A stretch of DNA of 64,000 bases, taken from IMG/VR virus record IMGVR_UViG_3300025930_000007, positions 1 to 64,000 of that record. One strand, 5' to 3'. A program made the translations under genes and the position numbers. The notes under the pieces were generated by a model that was not told where the DNA came from, did not search any database, and saw only the letters and a program-made list of their open reading frames with translations. Shown here piece after piece: positions 40,254 through 49,460 of this stretch; the stretch's first letter is position 1; every line of letters starts with the position of its first letter.

Positions 40254-41417
40254 ATGTTGAAGGCGCGTCCTCTCATCCAGAACTCCCTGTTTCCGCTGCG
40301 GCGTGGGCCGTCCTTGGGAGCCGAGATGCTGATCGAGCTCGGCCAAACGGTCGCGTCTCCCAGTGTGCCTCCGCCTACCGCCCCCAGGGTTTCTACTCCT
40401 ACGACGCCTGCAACTAAGACTCCGCAACTGGTTCAGATCTCGGCGGATGAAGGAAACCTCGTCATCAAGACCGTCGAGAACATCGTCAACTTCTCCCAGG
40501 ATTTCCCTATCGAGTTCACTTCCTACTGTCCCACCGACCGCTGGCAGGAGACGCTGACCCAGGTCGGCACCTGGAGCCATGAGGTCGAGCGTCAGATCAA
40601 GGCGGGGGCCCAGACGGTATCGGTTCCGGCGGAGGCGATCTTCCGTCTGGTGGATCTCGAGAAATGCGCCACCGCGGCACGGGAGTCTCGCTTGACGGCG
40701 GCAAAATGGGCCTTCAGCCTGTCCGCCGGCGGGACGATAGCCAACGTCCTCTTCGGGCTGTCATGGATCACGGTACCGACGTACATCGCGGGCCTTGCAA
40801 TTCTCTTCGGAGGCCCGTTGATTGCGAGAATGAGGGCTCAGCCGGAAGATCCCTACAAGCCGTCGATCGGTTGCACGAAATCTCATCAGCTCTCGGGTTG
40901 CGCGGCGCCATACGAGAGCGAAGAAGAGCAAAAGATGATCAAGCTGGTGGAGCGCGTCATTCTGGTCGAACGGCCAGGCCGACGCGAACACTGGTGGGGA
41001 TCGGTCGACTGCAATCCGGGTGGCGCCCAGGCGTCGACGTGTCTCAAGAAGGGACGCCTTCGCGTTCGTATCGAAGGCTGGGAGGGCGACACGGTGAATC
41101 CGGCTCCGGGATGGGAGTTCTCCACGGACTGCGAGGAAGGCTCTCTCAACGTGATCGCCGTCATGGAGACTGGATCCGAAATCCGCGAGACTGGTTTCGG
41201 AGCGGTTCCGGAGAAATCCAGGCACAAGGAAACCTACTGGGTCGAATATATCGGACCGAAGACCGGCGGCATTATCCGTCGCGCCGGTCCCTTCGGCTGT
41301 CCAATGGATACCCGCGATCATGCCATCGATGACGGCGGGATCACGAAGAAGGGCCAGGACGGCGATTACGTGCTTCTCAACATGGAAGGCGAGGAAGTGC
41401 CGGTGCCCAAATCATGA
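40254..41417 (+). CDS. LGA/LGQ-leader membrane protein, family B, with Cys-containing C-terminal domain
   Basis: 'PSLGAEMLIELGQ'; two TM segments. Confidence 0.75.
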   Translation: MLKARPLIQNSLFPLRRGPSLGAEMLIELGQTVASPSVPPPTAPRVSTPTTPATKTPQLVQISADEGNLVIKTVENIVNFSQDFPIEFTSYCPTDRWQETLTQVGTWSHEVERQIKAGAQTVSVPAEAIFRLVDLEKCATAARESRLTAAKWAFSLSAGGTIANVLFGLSWITVPTYIAGLAILFGGPLIARMRAQPEDPYKPSIGCTKSHQLSGCAAPYESEEEQKMIKLVERVILVERPGRREHWWGSVDCNPGGAQASTCLKKGRLRVRIEGWEGDTVNPAPGWEFSTDCEEGSLNVIAVMETGSEIRETGFGAVPEKSRHKETYWVEYIGPKTGGIIRRAGPFGCPMDTRDHAIDDGGITKKGQDGDYVLLNMEGEEVPVPKS

Positions 41418-41917
41418 CGACGTTCGCGAAAGGTCTTGCAAGCGGAACGATTCAGGCTCCGCCGAAGACATCCTGGTGGCCGCGTCATACGCGGACCATG
41501 ATGAGGTACCTGGCGTTGTCCGGGGCAAAGACACCGAATGCGAAGATCGAGATTCAGGGTAATATGCAGAAGGGCGCCCAGGAATGGGAGGCCATGATTC
41601 CAAAGGTCGCCAAGCAAGGGCTGATGATCGAACATGCCGCTCTCGAGATCGCACTGGTTGATGCCGTGCGCCTGAATAAAGAGGCGGATATCGATGGTAT
41701 CGGCAGAAAGCTGCTGGACAATGCCGGTCAGCTTGCGGCGGTCCTGGGGATCGCGGTCAAGGAGTTTCCGGAAGAGCATTTCAGGCGGCTGTTCATGGAT
41801 CACGTAGGTTTGTATGCTGGTAGTGTTCGAAAGAAAATAGAAGGCGTGGTGGTGAACAGCGCCGAAATCGAGTCGAACATGCTGCAGCTTGCGGACTTTA
41901 CCGCAGAGTGGCTTTAG
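41414..41917 (+). CDS. Helical-bundle hypothetical protein
   Basis: ATGA overlap; spaced His residues in helices. Confidence 0.7.
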   Translation: MTTFAKGLASGTIQAPPKTSWWPRHTRTMMRYLALSGAKTPNAKIEIQGNMQKGAQEWEAMIPKVAKQGLMIEHAALEIALVDAVRLNKEADIDGIGRKLLDNAGQLAAVLGIAVKEFPEEHFRRLFMDHVGLYAGSVRKKIEGVVVNSAEIESNMLQLADFTAEWL

Positions 41918-41926
41918 AGGGACGAT

Positions 41927-43651
41927 ATGGCTGAATACTTCATGGGACAAGAGCTCATCCAGGGCGAGCTCCCGGCCAATTCGCCCAAGCCCGCTGCGAC
42001 TCCGCCGGAAGGCGTGATCATGACCGATGTCTCCCGGGACGGATGGAGCCGCCGATACATCTACATCGCCATGGCCGGAGCCGCTCCGGAGGAAATTCTG
42101 ATCTCGGAGACTCCTCCGACCCAGAAAGCTCGCGTTTCCGGCGCCGCGGTGGCGGTCGAAGATGATTTCTCTTCTTCGATGGAAGGCGTTTCGGTACCTG
42201 ACGGCGTGATTCTGCCGGAAGGTGCCGTGCTTCCCGAAAATGCCGTCTTCAGCGGCATCCCTTCTCAGGGCAGGCCCACCATGGGACGGCCGGCGGTTCC
42301 GACTGCTGCTCCTAGAATCGCGGTTCCCGTCCAGGGGCAGAATGTGCCGCTGGTCGCGCGTCAGAATCCGCTGCCGCAGCCTCAGCAGTCTTTCCGCACG
42401 AATATTGCGGTTGCGGCTCCTTCGTCGGTTCCAACGGTGAGCATCCAGAAAGCAGCTCCTCCGGCTCCCGTCATGGTTCAGCCGCAAGGCCCTCTTCCTG
42501 GAGTGGAAGTTCAGGTGCCCTTCATCCAGACGCCGATCGACAAGTCTACAGACATACCGAGCAACGTCAGGATCTCGAATTCCATCGACTCTCTCAGGCC
42601 GGCCGTGGCTCAATCCGTTATGGATTCGCCTCGTCCGGTCCAGCAGGAGCGCCCCGCCATGATGCTCGGGCAGATCTCCAGGCCTCTTCCACTGACCACC
42701 CAGGAGGGCAGGAAGGACACTTATCCGGTCAGCAACCCGATCGCGCCGGCAGGGCCCATGGGCGGAATGAGCCAGATCGGAGGATCTCCGGGCTTGAGCC
42801 AGAATCAGATCCCGCTGCGGCATATGGGTCAGACCCCTGCGCCTGCTCCCGCGCCTGCTCCCGCGCCTGCTTCGACGGGCGGCAAGTGCCCGGGTGCTGT
42901 GGAAATGCCGGATGGCACCACGATCGAGCCGGATCAGTACATCACGCTGGCAGCGCTCTGCGAGCTGATGCCGTTCCTCGCGAGCACGCTCACCGACCTG
43001 CAGGCCAAGAGCCTGGCTCCAGGACAGAAGGTCTCCGTCGTCGGCCAGCAGCCTAATGGCCAGACCGTCGTTCCCACGTCCGCGTCGTTCGGTCCAGCCG
43101 GACAAGGCGGCCCGATGGGCCGTGCCGTGGGTGGCATGGGGAGCTTCGGCGGCGGCGGTGGGTCGCCCGGCCCGGCAGGATCTCAGGGCCCGAGGGGCCT
43201 CACCGGTCCCGCGGGACCGGGCAGCATCACGGAACCTCCCGTCGTCAAGGTGGACGGAGACTTCGTGGCAGGCCCCGGCGCCTTCGTCCCGGTCCCCGGC
43301 ACGGCGGTGCCGTTCTCGATGTCCACGGCAGGGGTCGCCGAAGTCAAGGTCCTGGTCACTCTCGGCACCGGGCCCACACAGCAAGCCGAGAACGTGCAGC
43401 TCGGGATCCGAGTCAACGGAACCGACTACCCGCTTACCGTTCGCCTTCTTCACACGTTCGCGGCCAACGTCGGGGAGTTCGACATCGGCCAGTGCTTCCT
43501 CTTCCCGATCCAGCTCCCGGCCGGCAGCTACACCGCGGAATTGCTGCTCCGTGGTCTCCTGCCGGGGGAATTCGGCGGCGGCACCGGCGCTTCGGCGGCG
43601 GTGAACGCGAATCCGTCGATCCCGCTTATCATCACTGTTTCCCATAACTAG
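41927..43651 (+). CDS. Fibre-like protein: long Pro-rich pro-region with MGQ/LGQ sites, divergent anchor, mini-collagen and head
   Basis: 'EMPDG..LAALCELMPFL' resembles the fibre anchor; GPAGSQGPRGLTGPAGPG. Confidence 0.75.
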   Translation: MAEYFMGQELIQGELPANSPKPAATPPEGVIMTDVSRDGWSRRYIYIAMAGAAPEEILISETPPTQKARVSGAAVAVEDDFSSSMEGVSVPDGVILPEGAVLPENAVFSGIPSQGRPTMGRPAVPTAAPRIAVPVQGQNVPLVARQNPLPQPQQSFRTNIAVAAPSSVPTVSIQKAAPPAPVMVQPQGPLPGVEVQVPFIQTPIDKSTDIPSNVRISNSIDSLRPAVAQSVMDSPRPVQQERPAMMLGQISRPLPLTTQEGRKDTYPVSNPIAPAGPMGGMSQIGGSPGLSQNQIPLRHMGQTPAPAPAPAPAPASTGGKCPGAVEMPDGTTIEPDQYITLAALCELMPFLASTLTDLQAKSLAPGQKVSVVGQQPNGQTVVPTSASFGPAGQGGPMGRAVGGMGSFGGGGGSPGPAGSQGPRGLTGPAGPGSITEPPVVKVDGDFVAGPGAFVPVPGTAVPFSMSTAGVAEVKVLVTLGTGPTQQAENVQLGIRVNGTDYPLTVRLLHTFAANVGEFDIGQCFLFPIQLPAGSYTAELLLRGLLPGEFGGGTGASAAVNANPSIPLIITVSHN

Positions 43652-43659
43652 GAGGCATC

Positions 43660-44091
43660 GTGGCCACGCTCGTTGAGAAGACCGTCCTGGTGAACAGCAA
43701 AGTCCAGGATCTCTGGGGTCTGTTCATGGACCTTCGCCGGGCGGATTTCAAGGTCCGCAACGTGGGCATGGACGTTCGGGGGACTTACGTTCACCTCGAG
43801 CTCAATGAGGAGAAGGATCCGACGCCGATCGTGGAAGCCTGGGTTGGGAAAGAACCGGCAAAAAGTTCTCTCTTGGTGAAAGAGATCCGTCAAAAGGAGC
43901 TCGAAAAGGTGAAGGAAGAAGAGCAGATCCGCCTTCAGGCTCAGATCGAGGCAGAACGAAAGGCAGAAGCAGCGAAGCAGAGATCGCCGGAAATAGTCGT
44001 GAATAGTGCGCCGCCGGAAGTCTCCGTCAAGGAGACGGAAACCGCGGAGAAAGTTGGAATCTTGAAGAGGATCTTCAGGAAATTCTTCTAA
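43660..44091 (+). CDS. Hypothetical protein with coiled coil
   Basis: AGGAGG SD, GTG start. Confidence 0.7.
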   Translation: MATLVEKTVLVNSKVQDLWGLFMDLRRADFKVRNVGMDVRGTYVHLELNEEKDPTPIVEAWVGKEPAKSSLLVKEIRQKELEKVKEEEQIRLQAQIEAERKAEAAKQRSPEIVVNSAPPEVSVKETETAEKVGILKRIFRKFF

Positions 44092-44094
44092 GAA

Positions 44095-44730
44095 ATGCTG
44101 TCGTATAAACCCGTCCTGGCCTCGCGACATCGGCTCGGGCAACTCGAAACGCTGACGAGCGGATTGACGTCCAATTTCGCCAAGCAGATCGTGACCGAGG
44201 CGGAGCCGGTCGTCCGCAAGATCATCAAACAGGAACGGAACAAGTACGCCCAGGCATTGATCGGAGCCATTCCGTTCGGAGTCATCTCCGCACTGGCATA
44301 CGTCGGAACGAAGTACATGATCCCCGATGAGAAGGCGATGGCCAAGACGGTGGGCTATGTCACATCCGCCATCGCCGCTGCGGGCGGCGCTTGGTGGACT
44401 GTTTCGAACCTGACCGAGGATATTCGTCCCGAGCCTTCCAAGGGAGGGCCGACTGCCGCAGATCCTTATGTCCAGCAAGCATCGCAGGCTATTGTGACGG
44501 CTGCGGAACCCAAGGTGCGGGCTATCGTCGACGACGAACGGCGGAAGCTGGCAGAAGCCGGCATTATGGCTCTTCCATTCGCTATCGCGTCGCTGGGGGC
44601 ATTCCTTTCGACCATGTTCCTTGTGGATCCCGAGAACAAGGGGACCAAGGCCATCGGATATGCTGGGAGTGCCCTGCTACTCGGCGCTGGAGCCTGGTTC
44701 GGGCTTCAGAAAGAACTGGAGGCCGCGTGA
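44095..44730 (+). CDS. LGQ-leader four-TM protein with an internal duplication
   Basis: 'RHRLGQ'; 'IVTEAEPVVRKII..ER' and 'IVTAAEPKVRAIV..ER' repeats. Confidence 0.8.
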   Translation: MLSYKPVLASRHRLGQLETLTSGLTSNFAKQIVTEAEPVVRKIIKQERNKYAQALIGAIPFGVISALAYVGTKYMIPDEKAMAKTVGYVTSAIAAAGGAWWTVSNLTEDIRPEPSKGGPTAADPYVQQASQAIVTAAEPKVRAIVDDERRKLAEAGIMALPFAIASLGAFLSTMFLVDPENKGTKAIGYAGSALLLGAGAWFGLQKELEAA

Positions 44731-45137
44731 TCGCGCAGGCTCAAAGAATTCCCAGCCGAGACATCTTTATGGGCGGCGGAGGCCCTTTCGGAAGACAGGG
44801 AGCATCGCTTGGCCAGTGGGGAGAGATCATCAGCATTGCGACCGGACTGCTTCAAGCTACTCCTGCCGTCATCGCGACCTATCAGGCAAAGCGTGCGGCA
44901 GATCGGGCAAAGCAGGACAAGGAAAGGCAAGAGGCTGCTTTGAAGGCCCAGGCTGAGGCAGACGCAGCAAATGCTGAAGCTGCCAAAGCCCAAGCAATGG
45001 CTCAGCAGGGTCTCACGCCGCAGGGAACACCTATTGCGAACCAGAAGCCTTTCGGAGTCGATCCGGTGGTACTGGCTGTCGGCGGCCTCGGAATTCTGGG
45101 CCTTGGTGCGGCTCTCTTTATGGCTTTGAAGAAATAG
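44727..45137 (+). CDS. LGQ-leader Ala-rich membrane protein
   Basis: GTG at 44727 after GGAGG; 'GASLGQ'; C-terminal TM + KK. Confidence 0.7.
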   Translation: MIAQAQRIPSRDIFMGGGGPFGRQGASLGQWGEIISIATGLLQATPAVIATYQAKRAADRAKQDKERQEAALKAQAEADAANAEAAKAQAMAQQGLTPQGTPIANQKPFGVDPVVLAVGGLGILGLGAALFMALKK

Positions 45138-45144
45138 TGATGCT

Positions 45145-45576
45145 ATGAAAACACTCTTCACGACCGGCTTCAGCAGACCCTCCTTCAACCCGATGCTGGG
45201 ACAGGAGATCATCACGTCTTATGATGAAGGCCAGTCTTCGGGAGGGATCCCGAATCTGTATACTTCCGTCGATCAGGGTCCTGCAGCGACAACTGTCCCA
45301 GGGCTTGTGACCGATCGGGATCTTTATAAGTCTCCCAGTTCGACGGCATCCACGGACTTTGGGAAAATCCTTCAGGAGATGGTCAAGGCCGGTTCGGCGA
45401 GCTATGCCGGCTACACGAAGGCTCAGATCGCTGAAGCTGCAGCCAAGCAGAAGGCTGGCCTTCCTACAGGACTTCCGAAAGTGCTTCCGCAACCTTCCGG
45501 CATCAGCCCCAATACGGTATTCTTGGTCGGAGGACTCGCGGCGGCGGTGATCATTGCGGTAATCGCGGCAAGCTAG
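45145..45576 (+). CDS. LGQ-leader membrane protein
   Basis: 'FNPMLGQ'; C-terminal TM. Confidence 0.75.
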   Translation: MKTLFTTGFSRPSFNPMLGQEIITSYDEGQSSGGIPNLYTSVDQGPAATTVPGLVTDRDLYKSPSSTASTDFGKILQEMVKAGSASYAGYTKAQIAEAAAKQKAGLPTGLPKVLPQPSGISPNTVFLVGGLAAAVIIAVIAAS

Positions 45577-45577
45577 G

Positions 45578-46996
45578 ATGCATTCTATCTCTGGACGTCA
45601 CATGTTCTGGCAGGCTCCCGCTCAAGGCGGGAGCCTTCGGACAATCCCATTTCGTCAGGGCGGTCGTTCGGTCATGCTGGGCGGTGGAATGTTCATGGGC
45701 CAGATGCCCATCAACAGGCTCGACCAGGTCAGCATTCCGGCGATCATCGGACGTATCCAGATCGAGCCCGCGGTGCAGCAATATCTCGATGATCTGAATA
45801 AAGAGAATGCGGGCTTGGGCGCGATCTGGGCTGCCAGACCTCAACCAAAGCCGGTACCGAGTTTCCCCCCGATGACCGAAGCGGAAAAACAAATCCTCTT
45901 CGAGATCTCCAAGAATCCGACCGATGAGGAGCTGAAGGACCTGGCAACCATCGACAGTCTCTTCAGCCAGAATTTCCAGGCGGATTATCTTACGACAAAC
46001 GAGGTTTGCTATTACGCGGACAGCGGCAAACTGCCGGGGGTACGCGTGTTTGCCAAGGCGCCAGCTATCATTCCGACTACGGGGCAAGAAGGTGCCGAGT
46101 ACGCTGTTGCCCATTATTTTAATCCCAAACCTATTCCAATGTTCGGTAAATGGGGCGGGAAGAAGCCGCCTCCCCCTCCGGATAAATCCTTTACCAACGA
46201 CAAGTTCTGGTGCCCTGATCCATCCACTACGGAACCGACGCTATTCCTGGATCATGTGCGGCAACTTGGAAAGTTCGGGTCCTTCGCCCAGATGTTCGGG
46301 ATCGATGTGAACAAGACATGGGGGCAGATCAAGTTACAGACAAAGAATGGCTTGATCGTCCTGAACGTGAAATCGTCGTATCCTCTTCCTCCGCCGCTCG
46401 ACATGGCGCCAGATTTTGTCTGGAACATGGCCGCGGTTCCTCATCTTCCGGAGATGGTGAACCTCGGCGTTGTCGTCGATCCGGAGGCCTTCCGCTCCTG
46501 GTATACGATGGCAGTGCTCGAGAAGTACAACGACGCGGCCGATGCTATCATTGCCGAACAGAAGAGGAAGGCGAAGAAAGCAAAACGCAAGGCTATCCTG
46601 AAGGCCGTCGGCTTCGCAATCGCTGGAGTCGTTCTTTCCTTCATCGTTCCAGCCATCATTGCAGCAGCCGTCGCCGCGATCAAAGCGGCCGTGGACGTCT
46701 ACATCCAGGCCAAGCAGCGCGCGGAAGCCGCGAAGGCGATGGCCGAGGCCGCCAAGATGTTCGAGGAGGATGCTCCGGCCTTTGCAGCCGAAGTCCAGAA
46801 GACCGCCGACATGATGGATTATGCCGTGGCGCAGGAAGAGGCGAATGCGCCGCTCACTCAAGAGCAGCTTGATGCGATTCAAGAGGTCAAGGATAACCCT
46901 GAGCCCGGCACCGGCCCCACGACGGGACAGGCCCTCGTGACGGGCGGCGCCGCAGCGGGAATCATCGCGGCGATGATCGCCATCTTTCATCGGTGA
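45578..46996 (+). CDS. Large MGQ-leader membrane protein
   Basis: 'GGMFMGQ'; internal and C-terminal hydrophobic helices. Confidence 0.75.
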   Translation: MHSISGRHMFWQAPAQGGSLRTIPFRQGGRSVMLGGGMFMGQMPINRLDQVSIPAIIGRIQIEPAVQQYLDDLNKENAGLGAIWAARPQPKPVPSFPPMTEAEKQILFEISKNPTDEELKDLATIDSLFSQNFQADYLTTNEVCYYADSGKLPGVRVFAKAPAIIPTTGQEGAEYAVAHYFNPKPIPMFGKWGGKKPPPPPDKSFTNDKFWCPDPSTTEPTLFLDHVRQLGKFGSFAQMFGIDVNKTWGQIKLQTKNGLIVLNVKSSYPLPPPLDMAPDFVWNMAAVPHLPEMVNLGVVVDPEAFRSWYTMAVLEKYNDAADAIIAEQKRKAKKAKRKAILKAVGFAIAGVVLSFIVPAIIAAAVAAIKAAVDVYIQAKQRAEAAKAMAEAAKMFEEDAPAFAAEVQKTADMMDYAVAQEEANAPLTQEQLDAIQEVKDNPEPGTGPTTGQALVTGGAAAGIIAAMIAIFHR

Positions 46997-47637
46997 GGTT
47001 CATGAACACTATTTTTCTCGGCGGAGTTCAGCCGCGATCTGGCTTCCGGATTGGCCAGCGCTTCGTGATGGGACAGACTCTCACGAAAGCGGACCGCGAT
47101 CACTATCTCGTCGCCGTCAATCGCGCCCTCTCGGAAGCGGATGAGATCGATGCGTGGCTGCTCGCCAATCCGCTCGCAAAGCTGAAGCCCACGGAACTGG
47201 AGATGGCCCAGGGTTCCGATGTCGTCATCTCTCCATTCTTCACCAAGTGGATCAACTTCCAAGCTCAGCGGCCGGGCATGGTCGCCTTCCGGGATCGTCT
47301 TCAGAATGAAGACCCCAGCACTTGGGGATCTCTCTCGGATGCCGAGCACAAGATCTTCGGTTGGGTCAACGTAGTCGACCAGATCTATGGTTCATTCAAG
47401 GCGGATCCCAAGAATCTGACTGCTGGAAGATGGGTAGCTGGCGTAAGGCAGCCGGATCCGGTTTCCACGGGTGCCGCGACGACAGCACCTGCCATGCCCC
47501 TCGAGCCCGTCACAGTCCTGGGCTATGAGCTTCCTCCGACGATGTTGGGGATGCCTACGAAAGTAGCCCTGGTAGTGGGGACCATGGGTTTGATCAGTAC
47601 CGGAGTAGCTCTCTGGGCCCTATTCCGGAAGAAGTAA
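46993..47637 (+). CDS. MGQ-leader membrane protein
   Basis: 'RFVMGQ'; C-terminal TM + RKK. Confidence 0.75.
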   Translation: MRFMNTIFLGGVQPRSGFRIGQRFVMGQTLTKADRDHYLVAVNRALSEADEIDAWLLANPLAKLKPTELEMAQGSDVVISPFFTKWINFQAQRPGMVAFRDRLQNEDPSTWGSLSDAEHKIFGWVNVVDQIYGSFKADPKNLTAGRWVAGVRQPDPVSTGAATTAPAMPLEPVTVLGYELPPTMLGMPTKVALVVGTMGLISTGVALWALFRKK

Positions 47638-47642
47638 GGCTC

Positions 47643-48077
47643 ATGGGCTGCAGCCCTGGCGCTATTTCCTTCGGAAAAGAACTCAGCCAATTCCTTTCCA
47701 ACCTCCTCTACATGAAAGAATGGTGGACCCATGGAGGATGTTGGACGCTTGCCCAAGCACTTCACGAATACCTGGGAGACGATCGCACGGAGCTCTGGGG
47801 TATTGGAAGTCCATTTGCCGGAACTGCGTATCACGTGGCAGTGAAGGCGGATGACTGTTTCTTTGATGCGGACGGAGCTTCTACGCTTGAGCAGATTCTG
47901 AAGCGCTGGAAAAAGAAGTTTCCGGGGCAATACTTGATTGCGAGGAAGCTTTCGGACAATGAAAAGAAGACCCTTCTCTGTAAAGATTCCGAAGACTTCG
48001 CTGTCGAGGAAATGGTCGATCAACTGACGTTAAAGCTAGGCCCATCCGAACTCCTCTGGAGGCGATTTTTCTCTTAA
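47643..48077 (+). CDS. Small protein with papain/transglutaminase-like Cys-His-Asp pattern (candidate protease)
   Basis: 'GGCWTLAQALH', 'YHVAV', 'FFDADG'. Confidence 0.6.
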   Translation: MGCSPGAISFGKELSQFLSNLLYMKEWWTHGGCWTLAQALHEYLGDDRTELWGIGSPFAGTAYHVAVKADDCFFDADGASTLEQILKRWKKKFPGQYLIARKLSDNEKKTLLCKDSEDFAVEEMVDQLTLKLGPSELLWRRFFS

Positions 48078-48084
48078 AAAGGGC

Positions 48085-48211
48085 TTTTCTTACAGGCTTC
48101 CCTATAGTAATATTCAGGCAGTTCCCAAGGCGTCCTCCCCCGACGCCGCAAGAGCTGCCTCACGGCAATCTTGCATTGAACTAAATCCGCCCGCGGAGAT
48201 CCTTTGCAATG
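48085..48211 (+). promoter_or_regulatory. Conserved leader element, copy 9 (promoter match weaker)
   Basis: GGCGTC/CTCCCCC/GACGCC; TCCGCCC at 48186-48192; TATAGT/TAATAT upstream. Confidence 0.7.
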
Positions 48212-48673
48212 TTCTGGCGCGGCGGGATGAGCCCAACGGGCTACTTCAATCGTGACGGATGGTATGGTCGCGGTCCGCTTCTAGGAGCGGCCGATACCGA
48301 GTGCAACGGCGATACCTGCGTCATCATTGCTTCTCGTCTCACTCCAGATCAAGCGAAGGCCTCTTACGAGAAGATGAAGTACGCGATGCTCAATAAGACC
48401 GACTGCATCAGCCAGGGAGTCCCTGGAGATGTGAGTGACTCGGTCGCCTCGAAGCTTGAGAAGGCGGTTCTCGGCATCGAGTCGTCCGCGCCTCTCACTA
48501 GGTCCGAAGCGGACTATTTGGCGAAGTTGGAAGCGTGCGTAGGCGTCATCCCGGCTGCAGTAGTGCCTCGGGGACCGATTGCTGCGCTGCCTAATCCTTC
48601 GTCGCCAAGCCCGCTTCTGATTGGAGCGGGGGCGCTGGCTGTCATCGGGGTTCTTGTGGCGCTTGCAAGCTGA
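48209..48673 (+). CDS. LGA-leader membrane protein, family B
   Basis: 'RGPLLGA'; 'PLTRSEADYLAKLEAC'; C-terminal TM. Confidence 0.75.
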   Translation: MFWRGGMSPTGYFNRDGWYGRGPLLGAADTECNGDTCVIIASRLTPDQAKASYEKMKYAMLNKTDCISQGVPGDVSDSVASKLEKAVLGIESSAPLTRSEADYLAKLEACVGVIPAAVVPRGPIAALPNPSSPSPLLIGAGALAVIGVLVALAS

Positions 48674-48683
48674 AGGGAAGGAC

Positions 48684-48887
48684 ATGAACGTTCTCAGGAT
48701 GCCCGGAGCTCCTCGCATGGGTCAGGCGGCCGCTCCTGCTGCTCCTGCTGTTCCGTCCGCAGGGCCGATCGTCGCCGTGGGCCCCGCTGCCGTGGTGGGA
48801 CCAACCGACGGTTACCTCTGGCCGATCGTCATCGGCGCGCTAGTACTGGGCGGAGTCGCCCTGCTGATCAGCGCCTCTAAGAAGTAG
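48684..48887 (+). CDS. Minimal MGQ-leader membrane protein
   Basis: MNVLRMPGAPRMGQ + Ala/Pro linker + TM + KK. Confidence 0.75.
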   Translation: MNVLRMPGAPRMGQAAAPAAPAVPSAGPIVAVGPAAVVGPTDGYLWPIVIGALVLGGVALLISASKK

Positions 48888-48893
48888 GAGCTC

Positions 48894-49460
48894 ATGAATC
48901 TCGGAACTGTGCGCATGATGCCGATCTCGGGTAAGAGCGCCCGGCCTTCTCTGTTCGGCTTTTCGGCCGATCAGTCGAGGGGATTCTTCGGCTTAGGCGC
49001 GATTGAAACCCCCTCCGATTGGTATCAAAGGGCCAAAGAAGGACTGGCAAAATACGATGATCTCTTCGCTCGTGTAGGCCGGATCGCCGATCAGACGGAA
49101 CGCCAGAACATACAGAATTGGCTCGGATCTCCGATCGTCGACGGCACTCCTGCAAACGCCGCTCAGCAGGTGTTGACGGATATCCGGGAAGACGTGGAGT
49201 CGTTCATTCCTGCGAACGTCAATGCCTATCAGGTATCGAGCAGAACGGAGAAGATCCAGAAGCTCGAATCGATCAATCATGATTTCGAGGCGATGGTGGC
49301 CAACGCATCGGCCAAGGCGGGTGTCTTGCCGGTGACCCACGGCATCGTCCCTCCTCCTCAGCCTGATCCCGGTCCGTCATGGCTCCTTCCGGTCGTGGTC
49401 GTCGCCGGAGCCCTGGGGATCGCGACGCTAGTGACCTACGTCTACGGAGGGAAGGCTTAG
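48894..49460 (+). CDS. LGA-leader membrane protein, family A
   Basis: 'WYQRAKEGLAKYDDLFAR..ESFIPANVNAY'. Confidence 0.8.
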   Translation: MNLGTVRMMPISGKSARPSLFGFSADQSRGFFGLGAIETPSDWYQRAKEGLAKYDDLFARVGRIADQTERQNIQNWLGSPIVDGTPANAAQQVLTDIREDVESFIPANVNAYQVSSRTEKIQKLESINHDFEAMVANASAKAGVLPVTHGIVPPPQPDPGPSWLLPVVVVAGALGIATLVTYVYGGKA

